The notes: generated by a model not told the origin, from the sequence alone. A DNA stretch of 45,883 nt from Octopus sinensis (GCF_006345805.1 NW_021834651.1:1-45883); one strand, 5' to 3'. Numbered from the stretch's first letter, positions 12,608 through 23,204 are shown. Numbers and translations: made by a program.

Positions 12608-13480
12608 AGGCTTTCTTTTTAGTATTTTAAAATATACACATGTATACACACATATATGCACACACACACTCTCATACATGCAAATATAGATATTTATATA
12701 TAAATGTACACACACACACACACACATATATATAAATTTTTTCAATGAAAAAAAGGTTGACAGTAACTTCAAAGTTTTAACGAGCTTGCCTTCATTAGAC
12801 TGATGAAGGCAAGTAAACTAAAACTTCATTGCAAAAATTAATATTTACTCAACTAAAAGGTATTTAGAACAACTTCAGTTTAAGACTAAATCGTTTCTAC
12901 ACAGAACACGAAAACAAACACACACAGACACACACACACACACACATATATGCATACATACACGTCTGTGTGTTTATAAATGTAATTACACATGCATGAG
13001 ACACACTTCAACCATTCTGTTTGTTGATATTTTATGATCATAAAAAAATAATAATAATAATAATAATAATAACAAGTTTAGAGATAATGAGGGAGACACC
13101 AAGTAAAACAATAACAAGGACTATTGATAATGTTGATAATGACTATAATTATAATCATCTTAATAATAATTTTGGTATGAGTTGGTTATTTTTCTTTTTG
13201 GTTTTTATATTTGTGATTTTTTCTTTGTCTGTGTGCCGATGCCAGCCCCGCCTGACTGGCCCCTGTGCCGGTGGCATGTAAAGAGCACCCACTACACTCT
13301 CGGAGTGGTTGGCGTTAGGAAGGGCATCCAGCTGTAGAAACTCAGCCAGATCAGATTAAAGCCTGGTGCAGCCATTTGGTTTGCCGGCTCTCAGTCAAAC
13401 TGTCCAACCCATGCCAGCATGGAAAGTGGATGTTAAACAATGATGATGTGTGTGAATTTATATGGGTGTGTGTTTGTGTA

Positions 13481-13518
<38 letters not shown>

Positions 13519-13565
13519 AGAGGGATATAAAAATAGGTGTCTTGTCATAGACAAGACACCAGAAT

Positions 13566-13885
13566 ACCTATTTCTTTACTACCCACAAGGGGCTAAACAT
13601 AGAGGGGACAAACGAGGACAGACAAAGGTATTAAGTCGATTTTATCGATCCCAGTGCGTAACTGGTACTTAATTTATCGACCCCGAAAGGATGAAAGGCA
13701 AAGTCGACCTCGGCAGAATTTGAACTCAGAATGTAACGGCAGACGAAATACCTATTTCTTTACTGCCTGCAAGGGGCTAAACATAGAGGGGACAAAGAGG
13801 GACAGACAAACGGATTAAGTCGATTTTATCGATCCCAGTGCGTAACTGGTACTTATTTAATCGACCCCGAAAGGATGAAAGGCAA
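13566..13885 (-). mobile_element. SINE family C dimer
   Basis: Same unit and junction. Confidence 0.75.
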
Positions 13886-14225
13886 ATACCAGAATACCAT
13901 TTGGGGTCTCCTGGTACGTCTTCTACATCAAGACCCTTCTTTCTCCCCCACTATTATTCTTCGTAACCTCTCAGCAGCAAATAATACAAAAACCACCTCC
14001 TTCTGTACCTCCTATTTATTAATAGATGTGGGTATCTCTGTATTTGTCCCCATAGTAGCTTGACGACCTGTGATGGTTTGTTTACGTCCTCATAACTTAG
14101 TGGTCTGGCAAAAGAGACCGATAGAATAAGTACCAGGCTTATCAATCAGCGTCTGACCCTTCGTTCAACTAAAAATTCTTCAAGGCTGTGCGCCAGCGAA
14201 GGGTAAAGGAAAGATGAAAACATGT

Positions 14226-15093
14226 ACTCTTTTACTTGTTTCAGTCATTTGACTGTGGCCATGCTGGAGCACCGCCTTTAGTCGAGCAAATCGACCCCGG
14301 GACTTATTCATTTGTAAGCCCAGTACTTATTCTATCGGTCTCTTCTGCCGAACCGCTAAGTAACGGGGACATAAACACACCAGCATCGGTTGTGAAACGA
14401 TGTTGGGGGGACAAACACAGACACACAAACATACACACGCATATATATATATACATATATACGACGGGCTTCTTTCAGTTTCCGTCTACCAAATCCACTG
14501 ACAAGGCTTTGGTCGGCCCGAGGCTATAGTAGAAGACACTTGCCCAAGGTGCCACACAGTGGGACTGAACCCGGAACCATGTGGTTGGTAAACAAGCTAC
14601 TTACCACACAGCCACTCCTGCGCCTATATTCTTTTTATTTTTACCTGTTTCAGTCATTTGACTGGCCATTCTGGAGCACTGCTTTTTAGTTGAACAATTT
14701 TACTCCTGGACTCAATCTTTATAAGGCTGGTGCTTATTCTATTGGATTTGAGTTACAGGGACATAAGCACACCAACATTGGTTGTCAAGCGATGATGGGG
14801 GTGGACAAACACAAACACCTAAATATATACACGTGTGTATATATTCAGTGATGGGGACGTAAACATACCAGCATCGGTTGTCAAGCAATGCTAGGGGGGC
14901 AAACACAGACACACAACACATACATATATACGACAGGCTTCTTTCAGTTTCCGTCTAACAAATCCACTCACAAGGCTTTGGCCGGCCCGGGGCTATAGCA
15001 GAAGATACTTGTCCAAGATGCCACGCAGTGGGACTGAACCTGGAACCATGTGGTTGGTAAGCAAGCTACTTACCACACAGCCACTCCTGTGCC
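14226..15093 (-). mobile_element. SINE family A cluster (14226-14624, 14850-15093 plus degenerate fragments)
   Basis: Similarity to the other copies. Confidence 0.8.
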
Positions 15094-15107
15094 TATGTAT
15101 GTACACA

Positions 15108-15497
15108 TGATTTACATTTGATGGATATTTGTCCTCATCTTGTTCATTGTTAACACATTTCGGCTCATATAACCCTCCAGCTTTCTTCAGGTGTCTTGAG
15201 GAAATTTCAAACCTGGGTTCTCATTACTAAGGTATTTTTCGATGTTGTTATTATTATTATTATTGTTCAGGTCACTGCTTGGAATCAAACTCGGAATCCA
15301 CGGGCATATGGCATAATGGTTAAGAGCGCAGGCTACTAACCCTGAGATTCTGAGTTCGATTTCAAGCCGTGACCTGAACAATAATAATAACAGTAATAAT
15401 AACAATGAAAAATACCTGAGGAATGAGAATCCAGGCTCGAAATTTCCCCAAGACACCTGAAGAAGGCTTGGAGTGTATATCGGCCAAAATGTTGTGT
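15108..15497. mobile_element. Head-to-head pair of tRNA-headed SINE family E with hammerhead-like 3' region
   Basis: Minus copy ~15108-15299 (head truncated) and plus copy 15301-15497. Head GGCATAATGGTTAAGAGCG...GAGTTCGATT, (AAT)n, then ACACCTGAAGAAGGC...GCC(G/A)AAA. Confidence 0.7.
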
Positions 15498-15499
15498 CA

Positions 15500-15875
15500 C
15501 TGCGCAGGAGTGGCTGTGTGGTAAGTAGCTTGTTTACCAACCACATGGTTCCGGGTTCAGTCCCACTGCATGGCACCTTGGGCAAGTGTCTTCTACTATA
15601 GCCTCGTGCCAACCAAAGCCTTGTGAGTGGATTTGGTAGACGGAAACTGAAAGAAGCCCGTTGTATATATATATATATGTGTGTGTGTTTGTCCCCCTAG
15701 CATTGCTTGACAACCGATGCTGGTGTGTTTATGTCGCCGTTACTTAGTGGTTTGGCAAAAGAGACCGATAGAATAAGTAGTGGGCTTACAAAAGAATAAG
15801 TCCCTGGGTCGAGTTGCTCAATTAAAGGCGGTGCTCCAGCATGGCCACAGTCAAATGACTGAAACAAGTAAAAGA
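15500..15875 (+). mobile_element. SINE family A
   Basis: Head at ~15500, tail AAACAAGTAAAAGA at ~15870. Confidence 0.85.
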
Positions 15876-17175
15876 GAGAGGAAGAGAATTCCTTATCTCT
15901 TAAATATAGAACTATGCATACACACATAGATATATGTGTGTGTGAAGGTGAAGGTGCATGGCTTAATGGTTAGGCAGTTAACACTCATGACTGCCTAGAT
16001 CTTGGGTTCAATTCCTAGACGAAGCGGCGAGTTGTGTTCTTGAGCAAAACACTTCATTTCACATTGCTCTGACCTCGCTTTGGATCCGCAGGGAATGTTC
16101 GTCTGCTCACCTAAACCAGCAGGGTGGTGTCATTGGATGGCTAAAACAATGCAAAGTGCATTGTGACCAGCGATGTGTAACAACATTTGATAGTCTGATT
16201 GGTCACATGATACATCATCATTTCGTGTCTACTTTCCATGCTGGTATGGGTTAGACAGTTTGGCTGAAATTGGTAAACCAGAGAGCTGCACCATGAGGCA
16301 GTCTGATTTGGCATCGGTTTCTTGGCTGGAGGTCCTTCCTAATGCCAACCACTCTGAGAATGTAATGGATGTTTTTTTACATGACACTGGCATCGACCAA
16401 AATTACGATCTCACTAGGCTTCCAAAAACAACCTTGCTCAGACTGGTGCCTCAGAGGGGAACTTTGTAGGTGAAATCCCATGGTCATTCTTGACTGAAAG
16501 GGGCCCTTAGACTTTTACCCTATGTACATATAATGGTGTGGACAGGAGAGACTGGTATGGGGCAGCTGATGGTCTTCCAAAAACTACGATCTCATTTGGC
16601 TTGACGAGTTTTCTTAAGCATGATGTATCGCTGAAGATCTCGGTCACTTGTCATTGCATCTGTGAGGCCCAACGTTTGAAGGGTGCCTTTTATGTGCCAC
16701 AAGCACGGGCGGGTGCAGGTTACGTGACACCAGCATTGACCATGTGACTACAATCTCTCTTAGCTTGAGGAGTCTTCTCCAGCATGGCATATTGCCAAAG
16801 ATCTCGGTCACTTGTCATCGGCTCTGTGCGGCCCAACTTCATCATCGCCACGTAGCGTCCGCTTTCCATGCTGGCATGGGTTGGACGGTTTGACTGAGAT
16901 GTGTCAAGCGAGAAGATTGCACCAGGTTTCAATCCACTCTGGCAAAGTTGGATGCCCTTCTTAATGCCAACCACTCCAAGAGTGTAGTGGGTGCTTTTTA
17001 CGGGCCACTAGCATGTGTGTGTGTGTGTGAGAGAGAGGTCTGATCAAAAAGTATATGTGTTTGAGAGAGAAAGTCTGTGACCTCCTGACCTAGGGTTAAA
17101 TAACAACCACCCCGCCTGTGCCGACATATATATATATATATATACATACAACAACAGAAAATAGCTAAAAGTATG

Positions 17176-17181
17176 TTTATT
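17176..17181 (-). terminator. Polyadenylation signal of the PKD1-like gene
   Basis: AATAAA on - about 35 nt after the stop codon. Confidence 0.55.
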
Positions 17182-17215
17182 AGTCTTTGTGGTTTCTCTG
17201 CTACGGTCCTTGGTT

Positions 17216-20200
17216 TTAAGCTGTTGCAAAGTTTTTTTCTGGTCCCAGTTCAGGGCCGTTATCTGTTTTCTTCTCCGTTGCCAGTAGAGGGAGATGTATG
17301 ACAAAGGAGTAGTTTCCTTCGTAGTGGCAAATGTCATGGATGCGCTTCATGAAGTTCTTGTCCTTGATGTCGACCATGGAGATATAGAAGACCTCTATAT
17401 TTGGTTTCTTCCTCACAAGCACAATGACCGCCGTCTTCAACAAGATCTCAAACGGTTGCTCCAGGAAGATTGACTGCACCAGGGAAGTGAAGAACGCCAG
17501 AGCCCAGGCAATGCTCATCTCGTAGCCATATGTGAGACCATACAGCATGATAAAGTAGGTAGAAATGAGACAGAAGGTCAAAGTTATAGTCCAGGATATA
17601 TACACAAACCACCAAGGCAGAAATCCATGTGACGCCAAGGGGTTGGAGAACTTCTTGGATTCCTTCTTTGTATTTGAATCCTCGGTATCCCCTTTGTCCT
17701 GATTCAGTGAAGCTGAAGACTGTTTCTCATCCGTCTTGTCTTTTTGACTGTCCTTTTCATGGTCACCAGAAGCATCTGTTTTTGGCAACGGGGCAACAGC
17801 ATTTGCTGACCGCTCCAAATAAACAGACCCCGTTTCCTGCTCCTTCTCCATGTCCTTCTTTAGTTCTGCTCTGCTGTCTTGCTGTTTGTCATCGGCCCCT
17901 GCAGTTGTGCCCTTTTTCGGTTTCACTTTGGCATTGGCACCAGACGGTCCTGACCTGCTACTTTCATCTCCAATAAGGCTTTGTAAAATGTTATAAACGT
18001 TTGGGCTGAGGCTTGGACGGACATGGAGCGAAAACGAATAGCTGCCGGACTTATTCTCCGTATTTCGCTTCCTCTTCTGGTCTGCGGCCATCATCTCTCT
18101 CTCCTCCTCTTCCTTAATCTCTGGTTTCAATTTCGTCTCTTTCTTGTGAACAATAAAGAAGTCGTGGAATCTCGGTTTCACTTGTATAAACAGCTGGGTT
18201 AGGACCAAACCCACGGGGATAATCACCAGTGAGGTCTGCAGACCGATGATAAGGGGTGTGACAGACATCTTCATAGAACCAATTGTCACCTCTTTTTCAG
18301 GGTCATCTGTAGGGACTCCATAAAACATGATGTTGCCTAGCATGAGTGCCAGCAACAGAGCAAAGGTGCAGGTGAGCCGTTGTGCACGAGTAAAGGAACT
18401 CGGTGGTGTGAAAATGTAGCTAAACCATTGGTGAGTTCTTTGAAAACAATTTAAAACTTCCAATCGGAAAATTTTCCATCTGTGAGAGTTTTGTTGAATT
18501 GTGTCCGAGGGTTTTAGGAAGGCATGTGTCAAGAAAAGGCCTCTCTTTGGTGACATCCAGTCTGAGAGTACAAAAAGCCACAAGTCTTTTGTCTGTAAAT
18601 CCTGTATCGTTACGTAATCAAGGTTCCAGTCTGGGCTTGAACCGGAATTATCATGCCAGATTAAGATCTGTTCTATATCACCAATACCATTCTCAGTTGT
18701 AAGCAGAAACCAATTTGCATCGCCCGACTGGAAGCACTGCTTGTGTGAGTCGCGGAGATATACTATAGAGCTGTGGCCCCTGGCCCCCATTAGGACTAGA
18801 TAAACCCTTGCTGTGGTACCGGAACCAAGCCACCACTTTGTCTTGACGCAGACAAGATAGATGTAACCAGTTAAGTCGTTGCTGAGAACGGTCAAGGAAG
18901 CGGACTCCCTGTCTCGCCAGTCCAGTCGCTTCGTCAGATGGAGGAGTCCAATGTAGATGACCCACGCCAAGAGCACAACCAACAACATTATCGGGTTTGT
19001 GAAAACCTCTGCAAACCGATACGCGTCATCAATCGGGTGCACAACGTTAGGTGGGACAAAAAACCTGGCCGACAGCACGTTGCTCTTTTCACAGGTGCAC
19101 TCAACCGCCTGGTTGAACTTGACAGAACTGTTACTCAGTTTACAGTTTTTCTCACTCCACACATTGTGATTGTCATTCCAGTTGAGACACAACTTGCTCA
19201 TAAATCCAAAATGCATTGGTATTTCTATGTTTTCCACGGGTCCTTTGAGTCCCCTATGACTTTTGTTGTTCATTTTGTTCATTGGAATCTGGACTTTTAT
19301 ATCAGCAATGGCGTAATACCTGAATGGTTTGACCATGACAAAATAGACTTTTTCCTTGACCGAACCGACAGGTACAAGCACTGTGTAGTTGACATGGTCC
19401 ACGTGGGAAACCCTGCTTTCCGACAGCCTCTGGAAATTCCCCAACACAAACTGCTTGTGCGACAGCTTCCGTGTGAGATGCACAACCACATCAAGCGGAA
19501 ACGGTCCTTCATCCAGGTTAATAAATATGTGATGGTTACTGGATTGGGAACTCTTTAATGTGATCATCGGGATGGAGAAATTCCGAGAGTAATGTGGATA
19601 AAGAAAGTTCCCTTCACGACGAAAATCAAATTTTAGAATGAATTTTTTCCATTGTAGGTCAACCCAAACCTTGGGGCCAGATGCACGGAAGTATTTCGGA
19701 CCAACATCAACAAGTTTAGGATTCTTTGTGTAGCCCCTGATTGAGAGTACTGGATAATTTGGCCTTATAGATTCTGCTAAAGCATAAGGATTTTCATAAA
19801 TTAAAAATGCGCTCAAAACTGCCGCCCCTCCCTTCGAAGTGCTGTTTTCAGGTTGGCATTTGAACACGACAGAGATGTCTGTGTTACCGGCGTACAGCGA
19901 GGACGAGTATGGACTGTCGCAGACGCCAGATTTCAACATGGAGGTCATTATTACATTTAGCACAGAATTTGGTGATCGAATTACTACTTGAGCCCTCGAT
20001 GGGTTCCCAAGCCAAATACCTGCACTGACGAGGTTGATGGCAGAAAGAAAATTATCTACTGATTTAATAGATACTCGTATACTCTTTTTCTTCTCTTCAG
20101 CGGTCATTTTAAACCTTGGTTCAACTTCATAGCTGCTCAGCATGTGACTTATACTGGACACAAGGTAGCGAGCGTCACGGTGCACCGCATCCCTTGGCAT

Positions 20201-21568
20201 TCCTGCTGCGGCCCCTTCCTTCAGCTGAATTGCAAAATTAGAATAAATTTCGCTGCAGATAAGTTTACTGGGGGAATTGAACTCTCGTTTCTTCTTTGTG
20301 ATTTCATCCATCAATGTGGACAGGTCTGACAATTTCTGTGCCTTGTCAACCTGCAGCCTGTAGACAGCCCGCAGAAGCTTCTGGCGGAGAGCAATAAAGT
20401 TCTTAAGCCCTTCTTCTTTCTCGTTTTCTGTATAGAAGGAATAGGCTTTGTTGAAATCCGTGCTGTGCTTGTTAACTTCACTGGTTAGATACAACAAAGA
20501 ATCTTTAGCTATCTTTACGTCCTCAATCAACATCGCTCTGTCAATCTGATCGCTTAGTTCTCTGAATGTAATTGGTGGTTTCACTGTGTACCTAAATGTC
20601 GACAGTATCTCCATACACGTCTTGCCATTGCTGACACTGTACACATACAGATGGACGTCCACTTGATAGTTTGGTTTGGCTGGCAACGTGAAACTGGCCT
20701 CTAACGATTCCCCAAGCTTTTCATCCTGTTTTATGTAAGGCACCAAACCCTTATACGACAAACTGTAGAAGAAATAAGCCTTTTGGCTGAAAAGAGAGAG
20801 GTCTTTACAATAAAGCCTGTACAAGGTGACCGTTTGGAAGCCTGACTGTGGCTTCATTTCACAGCGTTTCTCGAACAGGTAGGGGAGAATTTGTATCTGT
20901 ATGTTGTACCTGTACCGGTTCACATCATCTTTTTCCACTGGTTGACCGCTGTCTAAATTCATGGTCACTTCGAGGGAAATTAAGTTTGGATAGCCGTCCT
21001 TAACAAGCTGCGATGACAAGAACAGATATTGTGTGTCTGTGCCCGTAGCAACAATGATGCTAGCACCTTCCATATTACGAGCATCAAAGCAATGTATTTT
21101 TTTCTTTAGGTCAGCAAAATTACACTGAAACAAATCGTCAACGCCCAGGACTTCATACTGACCAGTGTTGCAGTTGAGTTGGTAATGAACGTTGCCTTTC
21201 TTGCCCTCTAAACTTAAGCAGCCCTTTGCACACTCTGTTGTGAGTTTTACAGACTCAGTTCCTGAAGCCACAATGGTTAAATACTTTGACTTTGGAACGA
21301 TGCAGTCTGTTCGGATGTAGTCATCTCCCATCAAATCAACGGATTTTGCTTCGAGCAAGCGCTCCATGAATTCTCCGTCCAGGCAACTCAATTTTACGTT
21401 CATTGTGCTTTTCGATGCTTTGCTTTCAATGGTGTTGGAAACTTTGAAGGTGTCGTAAGGAATAGGTTTTTGGGCAACGACACAGAGCAGTATTCGTTGA
21501 CCTGACAACGACAACAACAACAGCAAAATCATATTGAAAACAACACGACAACATTTGCAGATTTCCAT
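17216..21568 (-). CDS. Single-exon polycystin-1/PKD1-like (PKDREJ-like) receptor, about 1450 aa, only 5 TM
   Basis: Uninterrupted 4.5-kb ORF. ATG at 21568 (or 21532) precedes a hydrophobic signal peptide (MILLLLLSLSGQ). REJ-like segment (CEMKPQSG...YCKD...LPAKPNY, ~20600-21050). GPS-like CLNW..W...C...CTC (~19060-19189) followed by FFVPPN. TM1 (~18940-18995). PLAT (YLVCVKT...GSGTTARVYLVLMGARG...WHDNSGSSPDWNL). FTRAQRLTC TM2, TM3, and FLPWWFVYISW TM4/TM5. Confidence 0.9.
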   Translation of the reverse strand: MEICKCCRVVFNMILLLLLSLSGQRILLCVVAQKPIPYDTFKVSNTIESKASKSTMNVKLSCLDGEFMERLLEAKSVDLMGDDYIRTDCIVPKSKYLTIVASGTESVKLTTECAKGCLSLEGKKGNVHYQLNCNTGQYEVLGVDDLFQCNFADLKKKIHCFDARNMEGASIIVATGTDTQYLFLSSQLVKDGYPNLISLEVTMNLDSGQPVEKDDVNRYRYNIQIQILPYLFEKRCEMKPQSGFQTVTLYRLYCKDLSLFSQKAYFFYSLSYKGLVPYIKQDEKLGESLEASFTLPAKPNYQVDVHLYVYSVSNGKTCMEILSTFRYTVKPPITFRELSDQIDRAMLIEDVKIAKDSLLYLTSEVNKHSTDFNKAYSFYTENEKEEGLKNFIALRQKLLRAVYRLQVDKAQKLSDLSTLMDEITKKKREFNSPSKLICSEIYSNFAIQLKEGAAAGMPRDAVHRDARYLVSSISHMLSSYEVEPRFKMTAEEKKKSIRVSIKSVDNFLSAINLVSAGIWLGNPSRAQVVIRSPNSVLNVIMTSMLKSGVCDSPYSSSLYAGNTDISVVFKCQPENSTSKGGAAVLSAFLIYENPYALAESIRPNYPVLSIRGYTKNPKLVDVGPKYFRASGPKVWVDLQWKKFILKFDFRREGNFLYPHYSRNFSIPMITLKSSQSSNHHIFINLDEGPFPLDVVVHLTRKLSHKQFVLGNFQRLSESRVSHVDHVNYTVLVPVGSVKEKVYFVMVKPFRYYAIADIKVQIPMNKMNNKSHRGLKGPVENIEIPMHFGFMSKLCLNWNDNHNVWSEKNCKLSNSSVKFNQAVECTCEKSNVLSARFFVPPNVVHPIDDAYRFAEVFTNPIMLLVVLLAWVIYIGLLHLTKRLDWRDRESASLTVLSNDLTGYIYLVCVKTKWWLGSGTTARVYLVLMGARGHSSIVYLRDSHKQCFQSGDANWFLLTTENGIGDIEQILIWHDNSGSSPDWNLDYVTIQDLQTKDLWLFVLSDWMSPKRGLFLTHAFLKPSDTIQQNSHRWKIFRLEVLNCFQRTHQWFSYIFTPPSSFTRAQRLTCTFALLLALMLGNIMFYGVPTDDPEKEVTIGSMKMSVTPLIIGLQTSLVIIPVGLVLTQLFIQVKPRFHDFFIVHKKETKLKPEIKEEEEREMMAADQKRKRNTENKSGSYSFSLHVRPSLSPNVYNILQSLIGDESSRSGPSGANAKVKPKKGTTAGADDKQQDSRAELKKDMEKEQETGSVYLERSANAVAPLPKTDASGDHEKDSQKDKTDEKQSSASLNQDKGDTEDSNTKKESKKFSNPLASHGFLPWWFVYISWTITLTFCLISTYFIMLYGLTYGYEMSIAWALAFFTSLVQSIFLEQPFEILLKTAVIVLVRKKPNIEVFYISMVDIKDKNFMKRIHDICHYEGNYSFVIHLPLLATEKKTDNGPELGPEKNFATA

Positions 21569-21663
21569 ATTGTTGAAAAATAATTTATAACAAGAAAATA
21601 TCTCAACAACATGATGATGATGATGGTGGTGGTGTTGATGGTGAGGATGTAACAGAGCTGATA

Positions 21664-21685
21664 CTGCAAGTGAAAAACATTTTTT
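21664..21685 (-). promoter_or_regulatory. Splice acceptor upstream of the PKD1-like ATG (5' intron)
   Basis: Minus strand reads TGTTTTTCACTTGCAG|TAT, 95 nt upstream of the ATG at 21568. Confidence 0.5.
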
Positions 21686-22151
21686 AAAAAAAACACTAAG
21701 AAGACAGGTGAACAACACCCCAAAAAAAAAATGTTACATATACAGATCAATGAAAGAAAATTGCTTTTGAATAAAGAAAAAAAAGAGGCAGAAGAATTAG
21801 ATGGGAGAAAAATGGTTATTTTTGTTGTACAATGGCATGGAATGATCAAATTTTAATTATGATGTCACAGCTAATTGTTGAGAAAAAGTCTGACAATATT
21901 TTGGTTGGCCTTTAAGTTTGCTTTTGGAAAAACAGTTTAATACAAGTATATAAAAATTATGTGTGTGTATATGCATGTCTGTGTATGTACGTGTATATAT
22001 ATGATGATGATGATACATATATACATACATACATGTCTATATATGTGTGTGTGTGAAAATGAAAAATCACACATACATTTTCTTTTTTTTTCTAGTTTCA
22101 TCTCAGAGCTGCGGCCATGCTGATCCACCGCCGTTTTGTGCTACACGGTTA

Positions 22152-22527
22152 TTACGACGAACCTCGTCTAATATGTGGCACTTGGTGAAGAATGGAGTTT
22201 GATATAGCTACCCTCATTTGCACCTCTTGCCGTGAGGTAGGTTCATCTGGGACTCTTGACAGGAAGATGTCCAGCCTTGATTTAAAAACCGCTACATCTA
22301 CTTTGTGCAAGTTCCTCAGACTCTTTCGGAGAATATTAAAAAGCTGTGGGCCCTTGAAACCCAGGCTGTTGCAGAAGCTGGTCCTGAAGCGTGATGGCAT
22401 TGCTGGGATCTTTGGCACTATGCAGTGTCGTCCCGTTCTAGCATTGGTGTAGCTTACAATGCCAAAATTTTGCACAATTCCTTCCAGGATCTTCCAGACA
22501 TATATTACTGCATACCTCTCCCGTCTA
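22152..22527 (-). mobile_element. CR1/L2-group LINE 3' fragment (RT C-terminal region)
   Basis: RRERYAVIYVWKILEG...GRHCIVP...SLGFKGPQLFNILRKSLRN...FKSRLDIFLSRVPDEP, a typical C-terminus of CR1-group ORF2. Confidence 0.75.
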
Positions 22528-23204
22528 TGTACATATATATGTACATTATCATATATATATGTGTGTGTGTATATATATATATATATGCCATGATAGATCG
22601 TTAGCCACTACACACATTTTTTTCTCTCCTTGTTTTTTTCTGTGTCCCTTTCTGTAGAAGAGTGTAGACTAGAAACATTAAAGACTTTTGCTGTTCCTGA
22701 GCATTATACTAATATATCTGTTTGTTTTTTCGTAAACCCTCCCTATATATATATATATAATTTTTCTATCGTCATGGCTCAACAGCCCTCACCGTTTGTT
22801 TTTGCTGCCTTGTTCTCACAGTTCTGTTCTTCTTACCACTTTCACCCTCTGCAAAAAATCCCAAATTTCATGTAATTTGCTTTGAGGGAAGGACTGTTTC
22901 AATGAAGTCCTGTATTGTCCTTACCTTCAAAACGTGGAGTAGATGAAACAGGGGACAACTGAAGAAGGGGGATATTCTTCATGTTGCATGTCTCGTTTCT
23001 CTGTTTGTTTTCTTTTCGTAAATTGAAAAAAAAGTTCGTTTTCTATGTTTTGGTTTCTCATTGTGTTCAACATTTTTTTCATCACCTCTACACATATATG
23101 CATGTGTATATATACATATATATGTAGGTGTGTACATATTTATATTTACATATTATATATTATTTACATTATATAGATATTGATTTGCATATATACAATC
23201 GTTG

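Noticed and set aside
12112-12820. SECIS element or stop-codon recoding in TXNL1
   Set aside because: The stop is TAG at the conserved C-terminus, there are no in-frame TGA codons in the exons seen, and the hairpin lacks SECIS features.
15301-15372. tRNA-like sequences (also ~26640-26717, ~31750-31822 and SINE A heads)
   Set aside because: They continue into repeat bodies and lack a proper acceptor stem; these are SINE heads, not tRNA genes.
17044-17337. Alternative-frame ORF as a frameshifted continuation of the PKD1-like gene
   Set aside because: No resemblance to the S1/TOP region; runs into a poly(A) signal and a microsatellite.
18938-19558. 206-aa antisense ORF over the PKD1-like gene (and other short overlapping ORFs)
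   Set aside because: No recognisable motif; expected by-product of a long coding strand.
21569-21718. First 50 aa (poly-His) of the 1500-aa ORF
   Set aside because: Non-ATG start, spans an acceptor and a (CAT)n tract. The signal peptide begins only after M51/M63.
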